This document shows, in pieces, positions 36,416 to 49,640 of a DNA stretch of 64,000 bases; within the stretch, counting starts at the first letter, position 1, and every line of letters begins with the position of its first letter. A program made the translations under genes and the position numbers. Under the pieces are notes generated by a model. The model had not been told where the DNA came from, made no database searches, and worked only from the letters and a program-made list of their open reading frames with translations. The DNA comes from Podarcis pityusensis (Eukaryota): NCBI GenBank assembly GCA_964106645.2, contig OZ067051.1, one strand, 5' to 3'.

Positions 36416-36875
36416 CTGTACTGTACACCATTTGGCATCTCATCCACATGTTTCTAAGAAAACCTGATTTTTCCAAAGCAGCTTTGTACCCTGGCAATGG
36501 CCAGCAGGATTGGAGGACCTCCCCCCCACTGAGAGCCTCACACCCCCACCGCTGCCGCCAGCAAGGAAGACCTCTTCAGTTCTCGCACTCAAGACTGCCA
36601 GGGGGACACCACTTGGGGGAGGGTGTCTCTTCAAGTTTCCCCCCACTCTGGGCAGCTGCAGCCAGACACTTTGGAGAAAGAAGGCCATCCTGGCTGGGCC
36701 AGTGAGGCTCATGTCCCAGAAGTGGGGGACGACCCCAACCTCTGCTGGTACAGAGCCCATCCCCGCCAGGTGGACTCCGAGCAAGACGGGGCCCCTGGCT
36801 CAGGCAGGCAGCCTCCTGGAGGGGCAAGAAAGATTCTCACTTGGCCAGCCTCAGCTGACAGCAGGCCTCTCCTGC

Positions 36876-37429
36876 CTAAGTGCTTTCCCCAACTGGGAGA
36901 AAGGGACTGAGCAGGGCCTCCTCCCAGGTGGCCTCTCCTGAGCCAGTTTCCGCTGCTGCTGCCACCTCCTCTTCCTCCTCCTCCTCTGGCAGGTCCAGCT
37001 CCCTCCGTCCTTCGCTTGCCTGCCCTTCCCTTGCACCTCTGCTGCTCCCGACTTCCAGCAGCTCCAGTGCTGCGGGCAGCTGCTCACTCTCTTCCCCCAC
37101 CACTACAGCCGCTGCCACCTCCTCTTCCTCCTGGGGTGAGGCAGCCTCCTCCCCTCCCTCAAGTCCCTTCTGCAGTAAGGTAGTGGCTGCCTGCCCGCCA
37201 GGCTCTGTCTCCTCCTTCTCCTCCTGCGCTGAGGCTTCCCTGGCAAGGCTCTGCTCTTCTCCCTTCTCCCTGAAGGCTCCGTTGTTGCCCGGCTGGCTCC
37301 CTTCCATGGGCCCTGCCAGCCGCTCCTTGCTGGTCTGAGAGACGAAGCTGAAGCGGGGGCAGCTCTCCACAGAGGAGGTGGGTGACGAAGGGCCTGCGCT
37401 GGAGACGGTGCTGGAGGGGCCGCTGCTGT
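36876..37429 (-). CDS. PPIP5K1: PPIP5K1 last coding exon [18 protein letters not shown]...Glu-rich tail...PVGEST*
   Basis: cttgcag| acceptor; in frame with ORF 36876-37370; TAG stop. Confidence 0.9.
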
Positions 37430-40400
37430 CTGCAAGGGAATCAGAACGAGGTGGTCATGGGGGGGGGATGAGGTGCTAAGAATGCTCCCCCCCCCCACAA
37501 GCTCCTTGCAAACCCCTTCCTTGGCACCGTCACAGCTTTGGGCACAGGGCCTGGCAACTGTCCCACCCTGAAGAATGCCAGGAGGATCCCAGGGCAGCGT
37601 CTAATAGTAGCCACACAATCCGGGTGGGGTGGGGGTGCATATTGCCCCCAGCAAAGTTAGGGTGAGGGTCCCATCCTGTGCAGCCCGCAGGTTAGATCTG
37701 CTGGCCTTGCCCCCTCCCGCTAGAGAAGTGCTGCCCTGCCCAACTCCAAGCGTCAGGAAGGTCTGGGCTCAGGGCCCCTGGCAACCTTGCAACCAGCCCA
37801 GTCTACCTAGCTGCTGCCACCCCCAGCCCCCGCTCCTTCTGTTCCCATTGGCTGGGATTCCTCCTGCTGGCACAAAGCCCACCCCAAAGGCCTGCAATGT
37901 CCCCTCGGGCAGCCTTGCCTTCTGTTCCTCCGAGTCTGTTCCATCAAACTGCTCCTCCCTCCCAAGCCCTGTGCCTACTTACACCAGGGGGGCTTGTCTG
38001 AGCGGGGGCGCAGAGGCAGAGAAGAGGAGAGAATCTGCTGCGGCGTCAAGTCCTCGCCTGGCCCCTGGCTCTCCATCAGGGAGTCCAAGAGCGCTGAAGG
38101 AAAGAGGAGGAGGACAACAACACTGTGAGCCCCCTGGCAAGGGCCTGCTTCTAGGCACCACCCCTTCTGCCCACTCCCACCTTGGAGTCAAAGATGCCCC
38201 TTGCGCAGGCTAACCTTTGAGGGGCCTGGGGTTTTCCTGGTGACCAGGAAGGCACTTCTGTCAAAGCCCCCAGGCCAGGCCAGCCCCCACACTTACACCA
38301 AAGGGTCTCCGTGCTGAGATGGGGTGCCCTTTCGGTGGTGGCACCCCAGAAAACGGGTATTCTATTTCTGTGTGCAGTGAAATGTGTTGCTTCTACACAG
38401 CTGGGCAAAGCTGCTTTGGAAAACATGGGTGCTGCCCTGCGAGACGCCCTGGGGCAGAAGGGGGCTCAGTTTGAAGGGGTGGCCACCCGGGACCCCAGCA
38501 CAGCGCCCAACCTGCCTGCCTCTGATGGTACCTGGGGCAGCTCCTGGGTGGGGAGTGCTGGTGCTGCATGTCCTGGAGACGGCCGTCAGGAAGCTGTTGA
38601 CCTGGCGCAGGGAGAGCGAGTTGTGCAGGGTCTCCAAGGGGTAGATGCTGGGCACCATGGAGCAGCCTTCAAAGCCTGCAGGCAGAGCAGACCCCCCACC
38701 CAGCGTCAAGGACCTCTGCAGAGGAGAAAACTCAGTGGCGGCTGCCTCCCCACCAGACGCCCAAAATAAGCCCCAATGTCCCCCTCGAGCCACAGGCATG
38801 GAGCCCCCAAAACACACCAAAGAGCAGGCCAGACCCAGCCCAGCATCTCAGAAGCAAAAGCACGCAGGGGCTGGGAGGAAAACCTGGAGCTCACCTTCCT
38901 CCTGCCTGGCTGCTGCTCCTCCCTGTCCCTGGGGAACGGAAAGCCCTTCCTTGGCCCCTGGAGCCCTGAACAGACCCCCAAAGGCCCTTCTCGACTTGCC
39001 TAGCGGGCTGTTAGAGGTGATGCGACAAACTTCGAAACCAGTTTGCCCAGGGACTCTAGTGGTGCACCGTACCTGGTCCTGGTGATGGCAGCCCCAGCCT
39101 CCCCAACCTTTGGGCAGCCGTTCTCAGTCTCCAGTTCTGTGTTACCCATGCTGGGTGAACTGGCATTTCTAACCCTGGAGATGGGAGAGGGATGGGAGCA
39201 GCAACCCAGCAGATGGGAGAGGGAGAGTGTTAGGGTTAGGGAAACACTGTCCAACCTCAGCTCCCTGCCTCCTGGTTCCCATGGAAGGGAAGGATGAAGC
39301 CCCTGCCCCCGCCACTCTGTTTCTGAAATGTCCCATCAACAACAGTTTGCTCATTCTTTTCTTACAAAGCATTTCTGAAAATTTTAGAGATCACCACTTT
39401 GTTCTCCACACAACAGACACACACACACACTTGGTTCCTTGCTCCCTTTCCAGTATCATCCCCCACCCCCACCCTGGAGGACCTGTGCTTCTATGCAGCC
39501 TGCGTCCCACACAGAGCTTGCTCCAAGATGGGCTGGGAGGAAAGCTTGGCCAGGAAGGGATAAGAAGGGCAGAGGGTTTGGGCCTGAACAGTGTTCGAAA
39601 CTCCAATTGTTCTAGGCGCATTTTGTGACAGGGAATTTCATTAGCATGAGCAGTTCTGAGCTTTGGGTGTAGTACTGCGCCTAAGATTTCAGATTAAAAC
39701 TGCAGAGTGGAAGGAAAGGAGGACCTTTTTCTGCCTCCCCACTTCCAGCTACTCTGAAGACTGGAGAAGAGACCCTCTTAAGAATATTATGGGGGTGGGC
39801 AGGGGAAGGACTAGACTATGTCAAAAATGAACATAATATTTTACCTGCAGTTCATTCATTTTCAGCTTTGCATTCTTGTTATTGAAAAAATGCACCTAGT
39901 TCTAGACATTCCGTTGTTGTGCCCTTAACCTAGGTTTAAGGTGCCATTTAGCCCCTAGCTTTCATTTCTCAGTTTCTAACAATGAGCCTGGGCAGAGGCC
40001 TCTGCACTCCCAGAGGAGTTGGGGGTCCAGAGCCCCCCGCCCCTTGTCAGTCGGCCAGCCCCACCATGCACTGAGCTCTGGAGTCAAGGCCCTCATGGCT
40101 TAGGGCTATACAGTCTGCAAATAGCTGCTCAGGAGCTGCCTCCCACCTGCAGGCTGTTTAGGTGCCCCATCCAGGAGGTGGCTTTTGTTGCTGAAGCACC
40201 TGAGGAGGATGCTGCTGAATGCTCAGCGATACTCCAGTGGGTCTGCGTGGAAGGGAAATGGCTGCATCAGGCAAGGAAGCCTGGACTCCAGTTCCTCACG
40301 TCGGTCAAACCAGCAGAACATCCGCTAACCAATTCTGGCATCACAAACCAACATTCAACCGTCTTAAGGAGAGCTGAGCCAATTTTCTGAAGCTGCAAAA

Positions 40401-43400
40401 TCTGCATTTATGACCCAAGAAACTCTTAGGAAGCCACTGTGCAAATTATACACAAACCTGAAACTGTTCCTCTCTTGGACGCTGAGCACCACTCGGGGGG
40501 CGCTTTGCACCAGTCCAAAAGAGCTGCTGGCTTTTAAACTGCAGGGACTTGTGCTGCAAATAAGGCAGGGTTGTGAAAGGAGCCTGCAAGTGAGCCTCCT
40601 CTCCCCAGGAAGGGAACGGCGCCAGTGGAAGAGAAGCCCCCGCCCAGAAGACGCAGGCCAAAGGGAGGGGAGGCCTGGTCCTCTTTCCTGCTGAGCTGCC
40701 CTGATAGTGGAACCCAAACCAGCCTGGCCATCATGCAGGGGCAGACAGAAGGAAGAAGGCCATTCCTGGGCAGTGTTGGGCTGCAATGACCCAAGCAGTA
40801 GACTCTTCTGGAAGACAAGCCAGGCATCTTGCAGGCAGCTGCCAACCTCCCCCACCTGTAGGTTCCCGGTCAAGAGCCACCTGGGCAGCTTTGCCCCAAA
40901 ATCAGGCTTTGGCCTCCTGGGAAGAAAGCCCAGCCCAGTGCTCAGAGCCATGCAGGGAGTGGCTGGGCCTGTATGCCAGGGTGGGAAAGAGGAAGGGAGG
41001 GGGCCTATGGGCCTGCCCAAGAGCCCTCCATCCTTCAAGTCCCACACTGCTCCCCCTTGGCAGGTTGTGGGGCAGGGAAGCTCCTTTGCCCATGCAACAC
41101 AATTCCCACACCCACACATGCACACTCTGCAAGGGTTTTGGCACCAGGTGCAGAACAGCCTGTGCTGGCTGGGGAGACAACGCCCAGGGCCTGGGGGGCT
41201 CCCAGAAGCCAAACCAAACCTCATGCAAAGAAGTGGCGGCAGCAGCAGCAGCAGCAGCAGGGGCAGCCCTTCCTCAGTCGCCCGGCTTCCATGGGGGGTG
41301 GGCAGGGGGCAAGCGAGACCCACCAGGGCTCGCAGCCTTTCTAGGTAGCCAGGAATTTAGCTGTTTTTTTAATGTTGTGTTTTAACATTGCTGTAGCCCG
41401 GTGAAGAGGAGCGGGGAAAGAATTGGCAGGACAAGAGAAGAGGTTTCCTGGCTGGCCTCCTCCAGGCAAAGGGCAGCTGGGCAGGGGAGGGAGGGAAGCA
41501 GCCCCTGAAGAGGCAGAGCCACAGGGACCCCCTGGGCGGGGAGGGCCCAGCCAAGGAGGCCCCCAAGGCACCATGCAGTGCCATGCCGTACCGTTGAGGC
41601 TCTCCAGGTCCCCCCGGCCAGAGACCAGCCAGTCCCGGAAGAGGCGGAAGTGGTAGGAGCACTGGCGGAGGTGATGTGCCAGGGCGGCATCCAGGAGGGA
41701 GGCGGGCTGGCTGGCGGCAAAGTCAGAGGAAAAGTGGCGCAGCAGCAGCCGCCCGCAGGGGCCTTCCAGCTCATCTGGGGGGAGGGGCCACAAAGGGTGA
41801 GTTGGGGAGGGGCACAGCAGAGCCAAAGCCAAGGCAACAGAGAGGGGAAGGGCAGGGGGAGCCCAGCCTGGACCATGGAAGAGCATGGGGAGGGAGGACA
41901 GCTGCCAGCACCACCTGCCATGGAGCAAACTCTGTTCCCACTTCAAAGACAACACAGGCAAAGACTTTCTGGGCACCTGAAGGCCCTTTGAGACATTTGG
42001 CAAAAGCATTGTCTGGTCAGCACCAATTCAGTTTCCATAAAATCATCAGAAGAATCCAAAGGACCTGGCATCCTCTTCCCAAGTGGCCAACCACATGTCC
42101 CTAAGGGCAGCCCCCATTTGGAAGAAACCCTCCCCCCAGGCAGAAATAGCCAGTCAGGAGGAGAAGTTGGCCTTGCTGTTCGGCATGCAAGGAAGGGGCA
42201 TGTAAACCTACAGCCTTTGAGTCTCTTGCTCGTCGCCCCCCTCCCAGCGGCTCTGGGCTGCTCCTCCTCCTCAGAGTCCCTCCAACACTCTTTCTCAAAC
42301 CTCACATGGGCTGCAAAGGACTCCACTGAGCAAAATGTGGGGGTGCCCCTCCACTGGGAGCCAGCCACAGGGGAGGCAGGGATATTCCTCAACTCTACCG
42401 AGGGGAGAAATGCACTCAAGCACCATAGACAGTGGTTTTTAAAACCTTGCTTTTAACTCCTAGAAACCAAAAAGCCCAGTTGTTAAATGAATAAATTGTA
42501 GAACTACAGAAGCACCAAATATGAGGCTCGGAGTTTACAACCAGCCCTGTCTTCCAACCGGTCCCTCCAGTGATCTAAGCAAGACTTTTTGCTAGCTGGC
42601 AAATAACAGAAGAGGGAAGCAAAGAAGAAAGTGACAATAAGCACAAAGGAAAGGGAGATGATTGAGGCTTAGAAGGAGTTTGCAGCCCTCTACTTTAGCA
42701 AGCAGAAACAGAAGGATCCTGTCTTTTCCAGAAGTTAAAAGACTTGGAAATCTCTCTAATGCAATTACAGTGGTACCTCTGGTTACGTACTTAATTCGTT
42801 CCGGAGGTCCGTTCTTAACCTGAAACTGTTCTTAACCTGAAGACCACTTTAGCTAATGGGGCCTCCCGCTGCTGCCACGCCACCACCACGCGATTTCTGT
42901 TCTCATCCTGAAGCAAATTTCTTAACCCGAGATACTATTTCTGGGTTAGCAGAGTCTGTAACCTGAAGTGTATGTAACCCTGTTTTACTCTGAAAGAAAA
43001 CCTTCCCCAAGGGGCTGTGAGCAGCTTCCCCCACCCAAATTTCCACCCACCAGACACCTCCAAGCCTGCCCAGGGCCAGCCAAGACCTCCTGCAGTCGGG
43101 CAAGAGCCAGACACCCCGGCAGAGGCAAAGACCCCATGAGAAGAGAGCGGCACCTCCTCTGAACTCACACTGTCCAGCAAGACCTGTTACCTGGGGGTGG
43201 GAGAAGTGGAGGGCAGGCAGGCAGGCAAGCAAGCAGGCAAGCGGCCTAAAGAGAGGGGGGAACTGGGCAAGGCTGTCTCCCCACTCTGGGTCACAGCGAG
43301 GGGGGAGGAGCTGGTACCCCTATAGGCTCTCTCTCATCAGGTCACTCCAGCCGGGTGGGGGCAGGTGCCTCATCTTGCCCTCCCTGCTGCTGCTGTTTAT

Positions 43401-46400
43401 GTGTTGAGGGGTCCCTCTGCTCCCGCCCCATCCCCGTGAGAACACAGAAGGGAGAGCCAAGAGGGTGGTTAGTGGCGGGGGGGGGGGACAGCACAGCACG
43501 ACACAGCTGCCCACTCATGCACGCGGGGATGGAAGACATAGGAAGGGTGGAGGGAGCAGGAGGAGCGGGGAGGGGCGTCAAATTAAGAAGCAAACGTACC
43601 GTTAGTTGGATGCTTTGCAAATGACACAGAAAACCGCTTTACAGCTGGCATAGACAAGAGCTCTGAGGAAACAAGATGAGAGCATCGCGTCAGTTAGGCG
43701 CCCATCTGCTTGTGGCGCCCCCTGCTGGAAGCACAGGCCCACCGCAGGAAGGGGCCTCACCCCACACTAGACTGCCCCCCCAGGAGGTTGCTGGGAGGAG
43801 CAACATGCACAAGGGACGGTTTGACACACACACACAGAGGGGCAATGGGCACCACAGGACAGCGGCGCAACGGGAGACTGAAGACAAGCGCTCCCCAGAT
43901 GGGTCCCATGGGAGAGAAGGGCAGAGGAGGAGGGCAGTAACCCCTGCTTCTTCAACCTCCCTGTCCGGAGCCACAATGAATGGTGCAGGAATACTCCACA
44001 ACACTCTACTGGCCAAGGACCAGCACCAGCCCAGCTCCTTGACCTGCCAATATCCCTGAGCTGGGTCAGGCAGCGTTACTGAGACCCCTAAGCTTCTGGT
44101 TGGGAAAGAAGAGAAAGCACCCACCATACAACCCTGTGGAGAATCACCCTGGCTTGGTGCTAGGAGCAGCCCCCAAGAGGCCAACCTTAATAGCCCACAA
44201 AAACAGGCTTCCCCTTCCTCTGCCACACCAACCCAGGCCTCAGCAACCGCTATAGAATCTCTCTCTATCTCTTTCAACAACCAAGCAAATGCAAGAAGCC
44301 AAAAAGACCTTGGGAGGACCAGAAGGTGCCAGAAGAGGCTCAGAAAGTTCTTGAGCAGCTCCCCAACTATTTGAGAGCCATGCTCCAAGCCCAGTTTGCA
44401 AGACAGGCTGGTCACAACAGGGCTGGAGCCAAGAAGAATTCTCCGCTGCAAGGGGCAGAAAGCAAGCCCCTCTCAAACAGGAGGGTGTTATTTGGTGTGA
44501 AAACCCTGCCAGGACTTTATAACAACCTTGTGTATGCCTGAAGGCTGAAGGCAGCTGCCAGAGGAATAAACCCCAAGAGAGACCCAGTAAATGCCACTGA
44601 GGAGGAGGAGAATCATCCCTGCAGGCTGTTTGGCAGAGACTTGCGGCAACCCCATCTCCTGTTCTGCTTCACCTGAAAAGCCAACCCAGCTGCTCGCCCT
44701 GCCCCACACTGCTGCCCATAACAACTCCTGGCACCTGTGGCTTCTCTCCAATGCTAGGCAACTCCCATCCTGCTCTGGGATGGGGAAGGAGTACTTTACT
44801 AGTGAGGCTGATCCCTGAGAGCTTCAAACCTGCTCTCCATCCCCCTGCTAATGGATGCCGTGACTAAGTCTGCTTCTCCGTCCTTATGAGGACCTGTGGT
44901 GTTGGTGAGACCAGGCAGCTCCAGGCAAGAGGCCCTCAGGATGTGGAGACGCCTCCTCCCAGCCCTGCTCTCCCAGGACCCACGAGGGCAAGGGGGTCCT
45001 CAGAGTGCTCAGCCCCCAAGCTTCCCTGGAGCCTCCCCACCAAATGCCCAGCCCCAAGCCTCAGGATGTCTTCAGAGGGTGCACCTACCATCTTTGTATA
45101 GAAAGCTGGAGGCGAACTTCTTCCCATGGCTGCGGGCATAATCCTGGAGGTTGGGGGCACTGGAGGAGCCCCCCAGGACCGTGGTGCTGAAGAGACCCGT
45201 GCACTGCGACCCTGAAAAGGTCCAGCAGGCTGTTAGTATCACACATTTGCACACAAAAACACACACCCCACATGCAGCTCAGGCAACCCAGGTTAGTGGG
45301 GCAGAAAGCAGCAGAGCAGCCCTTGCAGGAAGAGGCCCAAAAAGGCGCTGCAGCACCCGATTGCCACCCCCCAAGTGGCAAACGAAGAAGCAGAGAGGGG
45401 GTCTGCAGCTCCTAAATCTGCTCTGAAGGGCAACACAAAACAGAGGAGCAGGGGCAGACCTCTGTGCCCAGGGCACAGCCAGCCTGCTCCAGCTTCTCAA
45501 AGCCTCACCATCTTCTCTCAGCTCACATGCCGTGGCCAGAAGCGATGGTCAGTGGTCCAGCCCACAAGCCCAGGACCAGACCAAAACACTCCCAAGCCCG
45601 AGGGACAGAGGAAGAGGCTGACCACCCAGGCAGAGAGCCCTGTGGCTCAGAGCAAGGGCAGGTGCAGGCGCAAGAGGGAGCATCACAATGCAAGTTTGGG
45701 TGCAGAGTGGGGTGGGTGGGTGGGTGGGCTTTTACTGGCTCAGGCAAGCACCGTGATTGGACCACACGCCAAGTTCCCCCACCAGCAAGGCCAGGTAGAG
45801 CAGGCTGGAGCCAAGTGCAGAGTGTCCCCCACCCTCAATTTAGACTCCAGGCCAAGAGTGCAGGTGATTTAGCAAGCAGCCTGTTACGTAAGGGGAATAA
45901 CGGTCTCGAGGTGCAGGTAAGCAGGCCTGGGTGCTGGGCCAGTGCCCGGATTCAAACAGACAGCACAAAACACATACACACCGCCGCACCCTCCAATCTT
46001 GCCCTTGGAGAAGCTCCTTCCTCCCACCTCTGTCTTTGGCTCTGGGGAGATGGGAAGGGGTCCCCCGGCCAGTGACCTTCTTTTGCGAAGGAAGGGCCTG
46101 TGAGGAAGCCCCCGAATCTGCCCCCGCCTCAGAAAAAGGGCTCTAAATCAGAACCTGCCTTTTTTTATTGAGTGATTGCACACACACAAGGCATTTGGAA
46201 GACAACTCGTGTCTTGGGGGTAGGGTTCTCCACCGCCAGGGCTTTTTCAATGAGACAGGGGCTATTATTCTTCCGTTAAGATGTAATATTCATTCATTAC
46301 ATGAATATAGCTCCTTTCATTTTGCGGGGAGGGGGTCATTGCTATGTGCCAGGGAAACAGCCTGCCAGAGCTGGAGGGCACAGGGTGGCCACTGCCATTG

Positions 46401-47211
46401 CTTCTTCACCCAAGAAGGGCTGGTAAAAATCCATTTATGTGTTTCTGCCCCCCCCCCTTAAATCCCAAATGTTTTTTTTATAAAAGAAAAACCACATTTA
46501 GCCCTCAGGCCAAGACTCCCTGTCCCTCCTGCTGACTGTCAGAAACTGCCTGCCTACCTACCTGAGACATTCCTTGCCTGGACTCTCAAAATGTCTGTGA
46601 GATCCCAGAGCAGTGCCACAGGAGAAAAGGCCAGCTAGAGAAGGGAATGGAGCGCAGGGCCTCAGGCAGGCAGCCCAGGCTCAGGGGGAGGCAGGGCACT
46701 TTACAGAGACAGCCCCAGATCCTATCTGGCTGGGAGAAAAAACATACAAAATCCCACCCACTGACCCACCAGGATTGTCAACAGAGGGAGAGAGAGAACA
46801 GAGAAGTTCCTACCCAACCCGCTCTGCTTCACTTCTGAGGAATGCCGCGAGTAGGAGAAGAGGCGATAGCCACCCGCCTTGGAGGAAGATTCCGACAGCA
46901 CCTGTGGAAAACAAGCACTCAGGTGACTCTGGAGGCCTCTGGCACCTTGGCCGGGGGCAGCAGCAGCAAGGGACAAACTGGGAGACAGAAAGTGATTGTG
47001 GGGCAGAGGAGGAAGCAGCTCTTGGCGGAGGGAAAAAACACCTCCCCTCCTTCTGGGCCACAACATCTGGGGATCCTCCCTCTAGAAGAGGCAAACCAAC
47101 CAGCCAGTCATCTTAAGAGCTTTGGTTATAGAACAAATGTTTTGGTAGAAGTAAAGAACAATACATTCTCTTGTCTTCGTTTTCTTCATTGTCCTGAAAG
47201 GCATCGCTCCC

Positions 47212-47269
<58 letters not shown>

Positions 47270-48579
47270 GCACCTGTCTAGCCCCTCTACTCTACCTCCA
47301 TGGAGCCGGTCTTGCGGTTGCGGATGAGTGGGGATCTCCGCTGGACGTAGATGGGTTCCAGGGGCGGAGAGGAGAGGTGCTGGGCTTGGTCCATCTCCAC
47401 AATGGCCTTGGGCTTGGCCAGCTCCTCCAGGCTCCCCTCCTCCGGCTTCTTGGCTTCCTTCTGCAGGAAAGCAGCACAAGGGGGTGGGGGTGTAAGGGGC
47501 ATTGCCTTGGGCTGAGCACTGGAAGTGAGGGGAAACTTTAGGCAGCAAAAAGGAGGCTGGAGGCAGCGGTGCAGAGGTGGGAACCTCAGGCCTGGGGTAG
47601 AATGCAGTGGCCCTCTGGGCCCCTTTCTCTGTCCCCTGGCATGCTCCCCAAGCCCAGACTGACCCTGTGTTGAACAAGGGTTTCTACCTCTTGCATGCCT
47701 GTATCCAGAACAGGCTCTGTGTGTGAAGGTGTACAGAAATGGGCCTACTGTACGAAGGGGAAATTTGCATCCTCTGCTTAGGTTTTGGTCCCGCCCACTA
47801 ATGTGGGCCCAGGAGGGAAGGGAACCCTTGGGCTGGGAAAGTCTCCCCCTGCCCCACACTGTGAGGAAAGAGGTCAGCCAGGGAGGACAGAGACTTTCTT
47901 TCTAGTAATACTACCACTGTGATAATGCAGAAATCTATGTATCATCTATAGATGATACATAGATGGTATTTAACACCTGAAAGAATCGCAAAAATGAATA
48001 AAAATTGTAGCAATGTCTGCTGGCGATGCAACACTGGAAAAGGTACTATGATGCATATATGGTGGAATTGTTTAAACATCAAACAATTTTGGGAAACAAT
48101 ATATAACGAAATGAAAAAAATGTTCAGATATTCATTTAGGAAAACATCAGAAGGTTTTCTATTGGGAATAGTACCAGGAAGTCTAAAGGAAGAAGACACG
48201 ACATTATATTTATACGCAACAGTAGCCGCAAGCCTACTGATTGCAAACAATTGGAAAAGTGGTATTACTTTTCAAAACCATATTGAAAAATCAGAACTCC
48301 TATTAGAATAAACAAGTTCCCTTTTAAATACTGAAATACTAAATAAGATGGATAACAATGTGTAATAGAAAAGAAGCATGAAATTAGGTTAAAGGTGTGT
48401 GAAAGAAAGTAACAGAAGTGGAAAGAAATTGCAATTGAGTAGATTGGAAGTCTAACACAAAGGTGGGGTGAGGGGTGGTGGATGGTGATGGTAAAAATGA
48501 ATTATCTGTGGGATTGAGTGTAGGTATGTTTGAACATTTTTAAGGACTGTATGAAATGTATGTTTGTATGCTTGTATAT

Positions 48580-48631
<52 letters not shown>

Positions 48632-49602
48632 AAAGAAGATAATGCAGAAATCAAACAAGGCACCTTCAGTTACTCGGACGTGCCTCCACCGTTAGCCTGA
48701 GGGTAAAATGGGTAGCAGAACCTCTTTCCTCAGGGCAGAGCAAGACACACACCCCAGAGAGGCAGCGTCCACCCTCTCTCTCCCTCCTCTGGTAGTCGGC
48801 AGGGATCTCTCAGCACCTGCGCCAGATCAGGTCAGAGCTGCCCTTAATCCCACCTTCCCAGCAGACGGCAATTCCAGCACCATCTGGGAGCATCGGGGAC
48901 TGGTCAGACCAGCTGCCTTACAAACGGCTTTGTTCCCAGCAGCCTCAGAGGCCATGGACTCACCTCCGCGGAAGCCGGGCGGAAACCAGAGCCTGCCGGG
49001 GCGCTGCCATCCTCCTCACAGCCCTTCACCCCTGGGCTGAAGTGCAGCTCCACGTGGAACCTCTCCTCAGAGGAAGGGTCCTGCCAAGAGAGCAGTGAGG
49101 CTCTGCTGGAGAAGAAGTCACAGTGGCTTGGCCACTTGGCCTCACCCCACCACCCCCCGCCAGCTTCCTCCTCCTCCTCCTCCTCTGCTCCCTCACCTTG
49201 TTGTTGTCCTCGTAGAGCATGATGACAATCTGCGTCATGTAGTTCAGCTCCGAGATGGCGCTCAGGTAGTCCATGGCCCTCTGCCACTGAGGGTCTTTCG
49301 ATTCCTGAAAGGCAAGAGAAGGACCGGGGCAGGCAGGATTAAAGGGCCTGGAAGGGGGGCGGGCTCAGCCTTGAAGGGACCTGGAAGGGGTCTAGCACTC
49401 CTCCCCCCAGTGAATTTCGCATAAACCCTCCTGAAGGGGTTCAGCACAAGGTAGACTTCGCAGCCCACAGCTTTTCTTCCTAGCATTGGCCAAAAAACCC
49501 ACTGTGCTGTGGACCCTTTCAGATGAACCAGCTCCAACCAGTTCTCACGACATGCCAAAATCCAGGTGACCGTCTAGCAGAAGCAAGTGGCTTGACTCAC
49601 CA

Positions 49603-49640
<38 letters not shown>

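Noticed and set aside
40364-41385. 319-aa minus ORF and overlapping plus ORFs in a PPIP5K1 intron
   Set aside because: No recognisable domain or convincing splice or start signals; GC-rich intron.
43612-43641. KRFSVSF as a PP1-binding RVxF motif
   Set aside because: Two residues separate R and V, outside the usual [RK]x(0,1)VxF pattern; at most a basophilic kinase site.
45888-45926. Possible 39-nt phase-1 PPIP5K1 exon ([13 protein letters not shown])
   Set aside because: Weak donor (TAC|gtaaca) and the acceptor is displaced from the pyrimidine tract; insufficient support without reads.
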